A DNA stretch of 64,000 nucleotides. Source: Vitreoscilla sp. (GTDB lineage: Bacteria > Pseudomonadota > Gammaproteobacteria > Burkholderiales > Burkholderiaceae_C). Positions 48,281-57,842 of this stretch are shown in pieces. The stretch covers positions 3,916 through 67,915 of the forward strand of contig JBJMWE010000281.1 of assembly GCA_045810285.1 (NCBI GenBank), given 5' to 3'. Under the pieces are notes generated by a model. The model did not search any database. It was given only the letters and a program-made list of their open reading frames with translations, and was not told where the DNA came from. The translations under genes were made by a program, and so were the position numbers. Positions within the stretch are counted from its first letter, which is position 1, and each line of letters starts with the position of its first letter.

Positions 48281-49411
48281 ATGGGCGACCGCAACGTCGC
48301 CCAGTGGTTCGCCGCCTTCGTGCCCGCCCCGGTCACCGTCTCGCGCCGCGAGATCGCCCTCGGCGCGCTCGGCGCATTGCTGGGCCTGGGCTGCGCCGCC
48401 TGGTTCAGCCAGCACATGCTGGCCGGCCTGAACCCGTGGTTCATCGCGCCGATGGGCGCCTCGGCCGTGCTGCTGTTCGCGGTGCCGTCCAGCCCGCTGG
48501 CCCAGCCCTGGTCCATCATCGGCGGAAACCTGGTCGCAGCCCTGATCGGCGTCAGCTGCGCGAAATGGGTGCCGGACCTCGCGCTCGCCAGCGCGCTGGC
48601 CGGCTCGCTGGCCATCGCGGCGATGTTCTCGCTGCGCTGCCTGCATCCGCCCAGCGGCGCGGTGGCGCTCACCGCCGTGCTGGGCGGCCCGGCCGTGCGC
48701 GCGCTGGGCTACGCGTTCGTGCTGTGGCCGGTGGCGATCGACTCGCTGCTGCTGCTGATGGCCGCGCTCGCGTTCAACGTGTCCGCGCGCCGGCGCTACC
48801 CGCACCGCGCTCCCGCCCCCGCGCCCACGCACCTCACGCGCGACGTGCCGCCGAGCGCGCGCCTGGGCCTGACGCTGCAGGACCTGCACGCCGCCATCGA
48901 GGCGCGCGGCGAGCTGCTCGACGTCAGCGAGGACGACCTGCAGGAGCTGTTCGTCGAGGCCGAGCACCGGGCCTGGCGGCGCCGCTTCGGCAGCCTGCGC
49001 TGCGGCGAGATCATGTCGCACGACATCATCAGCGTGACGCCGTCGACGCCCGCGCAGGAGGCCTGGCAGCGCATGATCCACCACGCCGTCAAGGCGCTGC
49101 CGGTGGTGGACGCCCAGTCGCGCCTGCTGGGCATCGTCACCCTGCACGACTTCTTCGTGGGCCATGAGGTGGCGGCCAAGGCCGGGCACGCTTCCTGGCT
49201 GGTCGGCGATATCATGACGCGCGACGTGCTCACGGCATCGCCCGCGCAGGACCTGGTCGACCTCATGCATGCGTTCTCCGACGGCGGGCGCCACCACCTG
49301 CCCGTCGTCGACGACCACAAGCGGCTGGTCGGCATGCTCACGCAGTCCGACATGGTCGCCGCCCTGTTCCGCGCCGGCATCGAACGGCCCGTCTCCCCGT
49401 CTCCCACCTGA
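48281..49411 (+). CDS. HPP-family membrane protein fused to a CBS pair
   Basis: ATG starts 1 nt after the ClC stop. Motif LHPPSGAVALTAVLGG (HPP), then two CBS modules (IMSHDIISV..., IMTRDVLTA...HHLPVVD). Confidence 0.8.
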   Translation: MGDRNVAQWFAAFVPAPVTVSRREIALGALGALLGLGCAAWFSQHMLAGLNPWFIAPMGASAVLLFAVPSSPLAQPWSIIGGNLVAALIGVSCAKWVPDLALASALAGSLAIAAMFSLRCLHPPSGAVALTAVLGGPAVRALGYAFVLWPVAIDSLLLLMAALAFNVSARRRYPHRAPAPAPTHLTRDVPPSARLGLTLQDLHAAIEARGELLDVSEDDLQELFVEAEHRAWRRRFGSLRCGEIMSHDIISVTPSTPAQEAWQRMIHHAVKALPVVDAQSRLLGIVTLHDFFVGHEVAAKAGHASWLVGDIMTRDVLTASPAQDLVDLMHAFSDGGRHHLPVVDDHKRLVGMLTQSDMVAALFRAGIERPVSPSPT

Positions 49412-49424
49412 TTCCCGCTCCGCC

Positions 49425-50690
49425 GTGTCCCCGACCACCCTGCTGCTCCTCCAACTGATCGTCGTCCTCGTGTCGGCGCGGATCTGCGGCTGGGTCGCCA
49501 ACCGCCTCGGGCAGCCGGGCGTCGTCGGGGAGATGGCGGCCGGCGTCCTGCTGGGACCGATCGTGCTGGGCGCGGTGGCGCCCGAACTCAGCGCCGCGCT
49601 GTTCTCGCCCAAGTCGTTGTCCGGGCTGTCGGCGCTGTCCACGTTCGGCCTGGTGCTGTTCATGTTCGTGATCGGCCTGGAGCTGCGCTGGCCGCAGGGC
49701 GTGCGCGCGCGCATCCAGGCCGCATCCACGGTGGGGGTGGCCAGCGTCGTGCTGCCGATGCTGCTGGGCCTGGCCATCACGCCGCTGCTCTGGCCCGGGC
49801 ACGCGCCGGCGGGCGTCGGCTACTGGCCGTTCTCGCTGTTCATGGCGGCCGCGCTCTCGATCACCGCGTTCCCGGTGATGGCGCGCATCCTGAAGGATCG
49901 CGGCCTCGCGCAGACGTCGTACGGCCAGCTCTCGCTCGCCGCGGCGGCGGTCGTCGACGCCATCGCCTGGATCGTCCTGGCCTTCGTCGTCGCGCTCGTG
50001 GGCAACGGCCACGGCTTCGAGGGCGCGGCGGCCACCAGCCTGGGCGTGGTCGCGCTGCTGGCGTTCGTCTTCCTCGTGCTCAAGCCGGCGTTCGCCTGGC
50101 TGCTGCGCATCCACGCGGCCGACGGCGAGCCGTCCGCCACCGTGCTGGCCGCGCTGATGATAGGCCTGCTGGTGTGCGCCCTGCTCACCGAGTGGATGCA
50201 CCTGCACGCGGTGTTCGGCGCGTTCCTGTTCGGCGCCGGCCTGCCGCGCGACGACCGGCTGCTGGAATCGCTGCTGCGGCGGGTCGAGCCGATCGCGATG
50301 GTCGTGCTGATGCCGCTGTTCTTCGTGCTGGCCGGCCTGTCCACCACCGCGGGCGCGTTCTCCCCCACCGGTCTCGGCGCCCTGGCGCTGGTGATCCTGG
50401 CAGCGGCCGTCGGCAAGGTCGCGGGCGCCGGGCTGGGCGCCCGCGCGAGCGGCCTGGGCTGGCGCGACAGCCTGGCCACCGGCGCGCTCATGAACGCCCG
50501 CGGGCTGATGGAGCTGGTCGTGATGAAGATCGGCCTGGACGCGGGCCTCATCGGCCACGAGATGTTCACGATGCTGCTGCTGATGGCGCTGGCCACCACC
50601 GCGATGACGACGCCGATGATCACGCTGTTCGCCGGCCGCCGCCCGGCCGACGCGCGCCTGCCCGCCGAGGGCGAGGTCGCCGGATCCTGA
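49425..50690 (+). CDS. Cation:proton antiporter (CPA2/Kef-type)
   Basis: GTG 49425. LLQLIVVLVSARICGWVANRLGQPGVVGEMAAGVLLGP is the typical CPA2 N-terminus. Multi-TM protein. Confidence 0.85.
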   Translation: MSPTTLLLLQLIVVLVSARICGWVANRLGQPGVVGEMAAGVLLGPIVLGAVAPELSAALFSPKSLSGLSALSTFGLVLFMFVIGLELRWPQGVRARIQAASTVGVASVVLPMLLGLAITPLLWPGHAPAGVGYWPFSLFMAAALSITAFPVMARILKDRGLAQTSYGQLSLAAAAVVDAIAWIVLAFVVALVGNGHGFEGAAATSLGVVALLAFVFLVLKPAFAWLLRIHAADGEPSATVLAALMIGLLVCALLTEWMHLHAVFGAFLFGAGLPRDDRLLESLLRRVEPIAMVVLMPLFFVLAGLSTTAGAFSPTGLGALALVILAAAVGKVAGAGLGARASGLGWRDSLATGALMNARGLMELVVMKIGLDAGLIGHEMFTMLLLMALATTAMTTPMITLFAGRRPADARLPAEGEVAGS

Positions 50691-50707
50691 CATCGGCAGG
50701 CCGCGTC

Positions 50708-51250
50708 ATGTCCGTGCGACCCGGCTCTTCCCGCGGCGGCTCGCCGCTCGACCGCCTGTCGACTTGGCACCGCCTGGGCGAGCGCCAGTTCGACGTCCTG
50801 CGCTGGCTCGCCACCGGCCACGCCGCGCCGCCGGCCGCCGTCCGCAACACGGCGCAAGGCGTGCTGCGCTACTTCGACCTGACGGTCACGGTGCACCACC
50901 GCGACGAGGAGGACGACCTCCATCCGGCGCTCGTCGAGTCCATGGCGGGCTCCGATCCGGTGTGCCTGCGCGAGATGGCGGAGGCCGCGATGCTCGCGCA
51001 CCGCGCGATCGAGGACGCCTGGCGCGCGGTGCGGCCGGCGGTCGTGGCGCTGTCGCGCGGCGAGCCCGCCACGCTGGCGGCATCGGCCGTCGAGGCGCTG
51101 GTGGCGCGCTGCACGGAAAACTTCAGCCACGAGGATCGCGAGCTGCTGCCCACCGCGCACCGGCTGCTCGACGACGCGGCGTTGGCGCAGCTGCGCCAGC
51201 GCTTCGACGAGCGCCACTACGACGGCCGCAGGGGCGCCGAGCCGCGCTGA
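50708..51250 (+). CDS. Hemerythrin-like domain protein
   Basis: 180 aa. His/Glu-rich helices VHHRDEEDDLHP and FSHEDRELLP resemble hemerythrin cation-binding motifs. Confidence 0.6.
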   Translation: MSVRPGSSRGGSPLDRLSTWHRLGERQFDVLRWLATGHAAPPAAVRNTAQGVLRYFDLTVTVHHRDEEDDLHPALVESMAGSDPVCLREMAEAAMLAHRAIEDAWRAVRPAVVALSRGEPATLAASAVEALVARCTENFSHEDRELLPTAHRLLDDAALAQLRQRFDERHYDGRRGAEPR

Positions 51251-51339
51251 CTTGGTGGAAATCCCGCCTTTGGCGCTGCGCGACCGTCACCATCGTCCCG
51301 TAGACTGCGTGCACAACGACATCGGGGAGGCAGGCCGGC

Positions 51340-52680
51340 ATGACGCTGACCGTGGAGGAAGTGACCGCGCTCGCGCCGGACGACGCGTCCGCCAAGGCGG
51401 CGCGCGGGCTCGTCTCGCCGTCGAAGTGGCCGCTGCTGGGCGCCAACGAGGCCGCCGCCTGGGGCGAATGCCAGGGCAGCGGCTCCAAGCCCTACCAGAC
51501 GCAGGTCGACCTGTCGGGGCCGGCCTTCCGCTGCTCGTGCCCCAGCCGCAAGTTCCCCTGCAAGCATGGCCTGGCTTTGCTGCTGCTGCGCGCCGAGCAC
51601 GGCGGGCGCTTCACGGGCGGCGAGCCGCCGGCCTGGGTCGCCGAATGGCTCGCGTCCCGCACCGACCGCGCGCAGAAGAAGGAGACGCAGCTGGCCGAGA
51701 AGGCGGCGGCGCCCGTCGACCCGCAGGCCGCGGCCCGCAGCGAGGCGCAGCGCTGGAAGCGCATCGAGGGCGCCGCCGCCGACCTGCAACGCTTCCTGGC
51801 CGACCAGCTCGCGCGCGGCCTGGGCGCGCTCGACGCCAACACGCTCAAGACCTGGGCCACGATGGCGGCGCGCATGGTCGACGCCCAGGCGCCCGGCCTC
51901 GGCGCTCGCCTGCAGGACACGATGGCGGGCGTGCGCCAGGGCGAGCACTGGCCCGAGCGCAGCCTGCACGGGCTGGGGCTGCTGCAACTGGCATGCGACG
52001 CGATCGCCCGCCGCGAGTCGCTGTCGCCCGAACGCCAGGCCGACCTGCGCACGCTGGCGGGCTGGCCGCATGACCAGGGCGCGGTCGCCGCCACGGGCGA
52101 GCGCACGGCCGATCTCTGGCTGGTACTGGGCGTCACCACCGAGGAGCGCGCGAACAAGCTGACCGAGCGCCGCGTGTGGCTGCGCGGCGCCGCCAGCGGC
52201 CGCACGGGCTGGCTGCTGGACCACGCGTTCGCGGGCCGCGGCTTCGAGCAGGCCTGGACCGCCGGCGCCGCCGTCCAGGCGACGCTGGCCTTCTTCCCGA
52301 GCGCGGCGCCGTTGCGCGCGCTCGTGGTCGAACGCGGCGCGGCGGGCGACGCCAGCGGCCTCGCAATCGACGCCGCCCTGTCGTCCGCCGATGCGCCATG
52401 GCGCCAGGTGGCCGAGCGTGTCGCGGCCAATCCGTGGTTGACGCTGCATCCGCTGCTCCTGCGCGACGCCGTCGTCGAGTCGGCGGGCGACGCGGCCTGG
52501 CTGCGCCGCGGCGATTCGGCGTGGCCGCTGCGGGCGTCCGAGGGCGACCTCTGGCGCCTGCTGGCCTGCACCGGCGGCGCGCCCGTCAGCCTGGCCGCGG
52601 AATGGGACGGCGTCGCCGTGCGGCCGTTGACGGCCTGGACGGACGCCGGCCGCCCCGCCTGGTTCAAGGAGGTGGCGTGA
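51340..52680 (+). CDS. SWIM zinc-finger protein
   Basis: CxCx7CxH: FRCSCPSRKFPCKHGLALLL. 446 aa, with SD GGGGAGG upstream. Confidence 0.8.
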   Translation: MTLTVEEVTALAPDDASAKAARGLVSPSKWPLLGANEAAAWGECQGSGSKPYQTQVDLSGPAFRCSCPSRKFPCKHGLALLLLRAEHGGRFTGGEPPAWVAEWLASRTDRAQKKETQLAEKAAAPVDPQAAARSEAQRWKRIEGAAADLQRFLADQLARGLGALDANTLKTWATMAARMVDAQAPGLGARLQDTMAGVRQGEHWPERSLHGLGLLQLACDAIARRESLSPERQADLRTLAGWPHDQGAVAATGERTADLWLVLGVTTEERANKLTERRVWLRGAASGRTGWLLDHAFAGRGFEQAWTAGAAVQATLAFFPSAAPLRALVVERGAAGDASGLAIDAALSSADAPWRQVAERVAANPWLTLHPLLLRDAVVESAGDAAWLRRGDSAWPLRASEGDLWRLLACTGGAPVSLAAEWDGVAVRPLTAWTDAGRPAWFKEVA

Positions 52681-54281
52681 TGCGCGACGCCTCCGCGTGG
52701 GCGCCGCTGCTGCCGGTGGCCATGGTCGGCACCGACCGCCATCCGGCGCCGCTGCCCGCCTGGCCCGGCCCCGTCGGCGCCGCGATCGCCGCGTTGGCCA
52801 CGGTCGAGCGCAACGACGGCGACCGCGCCGCCTCCGACGTCCTGCGCGCGGCCGGCATCCTCGCGGTCTGCGGGCTTGCGGGCGCGCGCCCGGTGGCGCG
52901 CGCGCCAGGCCACGCCGACGCGGCCGCGCCCGACACCCTGCCCGCCGCCGCCGATCCGGCGTTGCTGGCCGCGCTCGCCTGGACACTGCGCGAAGGCCCC
53001 GACCGCCTCAAGCAGGCGTTCTTCCTGCGCCTCGCGCAGGCGGGCCTGCGCCTGCCCCATGCCCTGCTGCCGCAGGCGCTCGAGCTGGCGCGCTCGTCGC
53101 TGGCGCTGCGTCCGCTGATCCAGCCCCTGCTGGGCGAGCGCGGCGTGTGGCTCGCGCGCCAGCGCGCGGACTGGCAATTCGCCGCCGGCGTCGCGAGCGT
53201 CGACGAGGCCGACCCTCGCCATTGGGACGAAGGCACGCTCGAACAGCGCAAGGCCTTCCTCGCGGCCGAGCGCGCACGCGATCCGGGCGCCGCACGCGCA
53301 CGCCTGGCGGCGGCGCTGCCCGAGCTGCCCGCCAAGGAACGCGCCGAGCTCGCGCGCGGCTTTGGCACCGGGCTGTCGCTGGAAGACCAAGCGCTGCTCG
53401 AGCAGCTGCGCAACGATCGGGGCCAGGAGGTGCGCGCCGTCGCACTGGAGCTGCTGCTGCGCCTGCCCGATGCCGACCACCCGCGGCGGGCCACCCAGCG
53501 CGTCGCGGCGCTCATGTCGCGCGGCGGCCTGCTCGCCGGCCGGCGCTGGACGATCGAACCGCCCGCGCAGGCCGCCGCCGACTGGAAGGCGGACCAGATC
53601 GACCCGGACGCGCCCAAGGGCGCGATGGGCCAGCGCGCATGGTGGCTGTACCAGCTGGTGCGCCAGGTGCCGCTCGCCTGGTGGACGCAGCACACCGGCC
53701 TGGACGCGCGCGCCCTGTCCGACTGGGCGCGGGCCACCGAGTGGGGCGAGGCGCTGTGGCGCGGCTGGCGCGACGTCCTGCGCCGCGCACCCGACGCCGC
53801 GTGGGCCGAACTGCTGCTGGACGACGCCTCGGGCGCGGCAGGCTACGGCGGCGGCTCGCTGCACGGCGATCGCGAAATGGCGCTGGACCTGGTCTCCACC
53901 GCGGTGCGCGAGCGCTGGGTCGTGCGCCAGCTGGCGTCGTCGGAGGCCGCGCTGTCGTCGACGATCTGGACGGTCGCGTCGCGCTGCGGCCCGGGCGAGA
54001 CCATCTCGGCGAACCTGGCCGCTCCCCTCGTCGAGCGGGTGCGTCGCACGCTCGCCCTGAACACCGAGCTCGCCCCCGGCACGCACAACGCGAACATCGC
54101 CGAACAGGAGAGCGTCGGCCGCGTCCTGCCCGAGCTGTGCTGCGCGCTGCCCCTGTCCTTCCTCGCCGACTACGACGACTGGGCCGCATCGCCCAACGAA
54201 TCCCCCGCCATCGGCCGCGCCCGCCATGCGGGCCGCCAGATCATCCAGGCGCGCCGCGTCCTGGCTTCCTGCCTTCCCTGA
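52680..54281 (+). CDS. Hypothetical helical-repeat protein (DUF5691-like partner of SWIM proteins)
   Basis: TGATG start/stop overlap with AGGAGG upstream. 533 aa, Leu/Ala-rich. The family name is assigned from gene context and memory and has not been verified. Confidence 0.55.
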   Translation: MRDASAWAPLLPVAMVGTDRHPAPLPAWPGPVGAAIAALATVERNDGDRAASDVLRAAGILAVCGLAGARPVARAPGHADAAAPDTLPAAADPALLAALAWTLREGPDRLKQAFFLRLAQAGLRLPHALLPQALELARSSLALRPLIQPLLGERGVWLARQRADWQFAAGVASVDEADPRHWDEGTLEQRKAFLAAERARDPGAARARLAAALPELPAKERAELARGFGTGLSLEDQALLEQLRNDRGQEVRAVALELLLRLPDADHPRRATQRVAALMSRGGLLAGRRWTIEPPAQAAADWKADQIDPDAPKGAMGQRAWWLYQLVRQVPLAWWTQHTGLDARALSDWARATEWGEALWRGWRDVLRRAPDAAWAELLLDDASGAAGYGGGSLHGDREMALDLVSTAVRERWVVRQLASSEAALSSTIWTVASRCGPGETISANLAAPLVERVRRTLALNTELAPGTHNANIAEQESVGRVLPELCCALPLSFLADYDDWAASPNESPAIGRARHAGRQIIQARRVLASCLP

Positions 54282-54292
54282 GCAACCTCGCC

Positions 54293-55384
54293 ATGACCAC
54301 CGCCCTCAACGCCACGCTCCGACAGCACGCCGAGATCCAGTTCGCCGAGGAACTGGCCGAACTGCGCCGCCAGGACCACCGCACGCGCCCGGGCAACTGG
54401 GCGCTCTCGCCCTGGGCCGTGGTGCGCTACCTCATGGGCGGCACGCTGGACAACGGCTTCGAGGTCAGCGCCAAGTACATCGGCGACGCGCGCCTGATGG
54501 AGATCGCCGTGGCCACGCTCGCCACCGACCGTGCGCTGCTGCTGTACGGCGTGCCGGGCACGGCCAAGTCCTGGGTGTCGGAGCACCTGGCGGCGGCCAT
54601 CAGCGGTGATTCGACGCTGTTGATCCAGGGCACCGCGGGCACCGGCGAGGAGCAGCTGCGCTACGGCTGGAACTATGCCCAGCTGCTGGCCAACGGGCCG
54701 TCGGAGAAGGCGCTGGTGCCCAGCCCGATGATGAACGCGATGCGCCTGGGCAAGATCGCGCGCGTCGAGGAACTCACGCGCATCCCGGCCGACGTGCAGG
54801 ACACGCTCATCACCGTGCTGTCCGAGAAGACGCTGCCCATCCCCGAGCTCGGCTCCGAGGTGCAGGCCGTGCGCGGCTTCAGCGTCATCGCCACCGCCAA
54901 CAACCGCGACAAGGGCGTCAACGAGCTGTCGGCCGCGCTCAAGCGCCGCTTCAACACCGTGGTGCTGCCGGTCCCCGCCAGCGAGGACGACGAGATCGCG
55001 ATCGTCGTCAAGCGCGTCGCCGAGATGGGCCGCTCGCTCGAGCTGCCGGCCGAGCCGCCGGCGCTCAAGGAGGTCAAGCGCATCGTGCAGATCTTCCGCG
55101 AGCTGCGCAGCGGTCGCACGGCCGACGGCAAGACGCAGCTGAAGTCGCCCACGTCCGCGCTGTCCACCGCCGAGGCGATCTCCGTCATCAACAGCGGCAT
55201 GGCGCTGGCCGGCCATTTCGGCGACGGCGTGCTGCGCCCGCACGACATGGCCTCGAGCCTGATCGGCGCGGTCATCAAGGATCCCGTGCAGGACCAGGTG
55301 GTGTGGAACGAGTACCTCGAAGCCGTCGTCAAGGAGCGCGACGACTGGAAGGACCTGTACCGCGCCTTCCGCGAGCAGGCCTGA
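54293..55384 (+). CDS. MoxR-like AAA+ ATPase (AAA_5 type)
   Basis: Walker A LLLYGVPGTAKS, Walker B-like IARVEELTR, and sensor/Arg-finger region FSVIATANNRD...LKRRF. 363 aa. Confidence 0.85.
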   Translation: MTTALNATLRQHAEIQFAEELAELRRQDHRTRPGNWALSPWAVVRYLMGGTLDNGFEVSAKYIGDARLMEIAVATLATDRALLLYGVPGTAKSWVSEHLAAAISGDSTLLIQGTAGTGEEQLRYGWNYAQLLANGPSEKALVPSPMMNAMRLGKIARVEELTRIPADVQDTLITVLSEKTLPIPELGSEVQAVRGFSVIATANNRDKGVNELSAALKRRFNTVVLPVPASEDDEIAIVVKRVAEMGRSLELPAEPPALKEVKRIVQIFRELRSGRTADGKTQLKSPTSALSTAEAISVINSGMALAGHFGDGVLRPHDMASSLIGAVIKDPVQDQVVWNEYLEAVVKERDDWKDLYRAFREQA

Positions 55385-55400
55385 TGCCCGGCGACCTGGC

Positions 55401-57842
55401 ATGAGCGATCTCGACGACGCCAGCGCGCCGCCGGCGGCCGAAGCGGCCACCGGCGGCGACGCGCCGGCCGTGCACTTGTTCGGCATCCGGCACCACGGGC
55501 CGGGTTGCGCGCGCAGCCTGGAGCGCGCGCTCGGCGAGATCCGTCCGGACTGCGTGCTGATCGAAGGCCCGCCGGAGGCCGACGACCTGCTCGCGTTCGT
55601 GCAGGACGACGCGATGGCGCCGCCCGTCGCGCTGCTGGGCTACTGCCCGGACGAGCCCCGCCTGGCCGTCTACCACCCGTTCGCCGTCTTCTCGCCCGAA
55701 TGGCAGGCGCTGCGCTGGGCCGCCGCCAACGGCGCACGGGCGCGCTTCATCGACCTGCCGCTGGTGCACGAACTGGCGCTCGAGAAGGCCGCACGCGACG
55801 CGCGCGAAGCCGTCGAGCGGGCCGCCGCCGACGCCGCTGCCGCCGAAGACCCGTCCGACGACGCCGCGCCGCCATCCCCCGGCGCCTCGTCGCCGGGGCC
55901 CACACCAGACGCCGACGATCCCCTGGAACGCCGCGACCCGCTCACCTGGCTCGCGCGCGCGGCCGGCTACGGCGACGGCGAATCGTGGTGGAACCACATG
56001 GTGGAGGAGCGCGCCGACGGGGCCGAGCTGTTCGAGGCGATCGGCACGGCGATGACGTCGCTGCGCGCCGAGCTGGGCGACGAGCCGCTGTCGCCCGAGA
56101 CGGCGCGTCGCGACGCGCTGCGCGAGGCCCACATGCGCCAGTGCCTGCGCGCGGCCCGCAAGGAGGGGTTCGCGCGCATCGCGGTCGTCTGCGGCGCCTG
56201 GCACCTGCCGGCACTCGGTGCACAGGTCTCGGCCAAGGCCGACGCGGCCCTGCTCAAGGGCCTGCCCAAGGTCAAGGTGCAGTCCACCTGGGTGCCGTGG
56301 ACGTACCGCCACCTCACCCGCGCCAGCGGCTACGGCGCGGGCATCGCCTCGCCGGGCTGGTACGAGCACCTGTGGCGCACGCACGAGCGGCCGCAGCTGC
56401 GCGCCGTCGGCTGGCTCGCGCGCGTCGCCCGCCTGATGCGCGAGCGCGAACTCGACTGCTCGTCCGCCCACCTGATCGAGGCGACGCGCCTGGCCGACAC
56501 CCTCGCCGCACTGCGCGACCGTCCGGCGCCCGGCCTGCCCGAGCTCGACGAGGCCAGCCGCACCGTGCTGACCCTCGGCGACGACACCGCGCTGCAGTTC
56601 ATCCGCGACGCGCTGGTCGTCGGCGACCGGCTCGGCGCCGTGCCGCTCGCGGTGCCCACCGTGCCGCTGCAGCGCGACGTCGACGCGCTGCAGAAGCGCC
56701 TGCGCCTGAAGCCCGAGGCGCTCCAGAAGACGCTCGACCTGGACCTGCGGAGCGACAACGACCTCGCACGCAGCCACCTGCTGCATCGGCTCGCGCTGCT
56801 GGACGTGCCGTGGGGCACCCTCGCCAAGGTGGGCCGCTCCACGCGCGGCACCTTCCACGAGATCTGGACGCTGCAATGGCAGCCCGAATTCGCGCTGCGC
56901 CTGATCGAGGCCAGCCTGTGGGGCCAGACGGTCGAACAGGCGGCCACGGCACGCGCCCAGGCGCGCTGCGGCGAAGCCGACAGCCTGGCCGCGCTGTCGA
57001 CGCTGGTCGACCAGGCTTTGCTGGCCGATCTGGACCAGGCCGTGGCCGCCGCCACCCGCGCGCTGGAGGATCGCGCCGCGCTGACCGGCGACGCCGCGCA
57101 GCTGCTCGCCACCCTGCCGCCGCTGGCCAACGTCTTTCGCTACGGCAACGTGCGCCAGACCGACGCCGCGCTCGTCGCGCACGTGCTGGACGGCCTGGCG
57201 TTGCGCGCCGCGATCGGCCTCCCCGTGGCCTGTGCCAGCCTGGACGACAGCGCCGCCGAATCGCTGCGCGAACTCGTCCTGGCCGCCCAGGGCGCGATCG
57301 CGCTGCGCGACGGCGACGAGACCACGCGGGCCTGGCGCCGCGCGCTGGGCCAGGTCGCCGAGCAGGCCGGCGCGCACGACCTGCTCAAGGGCCTGGCTAC
57401 CCGGCTGCTGCTGGACGCCGGCGACTGGGGCGGCGACCGCGCCGCCACGGCCATGTCGCTGAACCTGTCCGCCGGCGCCGAACCCGCGCACGCGGCCGCC
57501 TGGCTGGAGGGCTTCCTGAATCGCAACGCGGTGGTGCTGCTGCACGACGCCACGGTCTGGGCGCTGGTCGACGACTGGCTGTCGGGCCTGGTCGACGAGC
57601 ACTTCATCCGGGTGTTGCCGCTGGTGCGGCGCACCTTCTCGGCGTTCGCCGCCACCGATCTTCGCGACCTGTCGCAGAAGGCACGCCGCAAGCCCGGCGC
57701 CGCGCAGGCCGGCACCGCGAGCGCGGGCGACGACAGCGACGTCCTCGCGGCCTGGGACGCCGGGTGCGCCGCCCTGCCCCTGCCGCTGCTGCGCACCCTG
57801 CTGGGCCTGCCCGACGCCGCCGCCGACGGAGACATGCCATGA
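55401..57842 (+). CDS. Large hypothetical protein (DUF5682-like)
   Basis: 813 aa. The N-terminus VHLFGIRHHGPGCARSLERALGEIRPDCVLIEGPPE is characteristic of the large subunit found next to MoxR/VWA pairs. The family name is from memory. Confidence 0.6.
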   Translation: MSDLDDASAPPAAEAATGGDAPAVHLFGIRHHGPGCARSLERALGEIRPDCVLIEGPPEADDLLAFVQDDAMAPPVALLGYCPDEPRLAVYHPFAVFSPEWQALRWAAANGARARFIDLPLVHELALEKAARDAREAVERAAADAAAAEDPSDDAAPPSPGASSPGPTPDADDPLERRDPLTWLARAAGYGDGESWWNHMVEERADGAELFEAIGTAMTSLRAELGDEPLSPETARRDALREAHMRQCLRAARKEGFARIAVVCGAWHLPALGAQVSAKADAALLKGLPKVKVQSTWVPWTYRHLTRASGYGAGIASPGWYEHLWRTHERPQLRAVGWLARVARLMRERELDCSSAHLIEATRLADTLAALRDRPAPGLPELDEASRTVLTLGDDTALQFIRDALVVGDRLGAVPLAVPTVPLQRDVDALQKRLRLKPEALQKTLDLDLRSDNDLARSHLLHRLALLDVPWGTLAKVGRSTRGTFHEIWTLQWQPEFALRLIEASLWGQTVEQAATARAQARCGEADSLAALSTLVDQALLADLDQAVAAATRALEDRAALTGDAAQLLATLPPLANVFRYGNVRQTDAALVAHVLDGLALRAAIGLPVACASLDDSAAESLRELVLAAQGAIALRDGDETTRAWRRALGQVAEQAGAHDLLKGLATRLLLDAGDWGGDRAATAMSLNLSAGAEPAHAAAWLEGFLNRNAVVLLHDATVWALVDDWLSGLVDEHFIRVLPLVRRTFSAFAATDLRDLSQKARRKPGAAQAGTASAGDDSDVLAAWDAGCAALPLPLLRTLLGLPDAAADGDMP

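Noticed and set aside
51492-54227. 911-aa minus-strand ORF (and 55329..57872, 847 aa) opposite the SWIM-MoxR-VWA operon
   Set aside because: The plus strand carries SWIM, Walker A and MIDAS motifs with SDs and coupled junctions. The antisense translations are low-complexity Arg/Ala/Gly.
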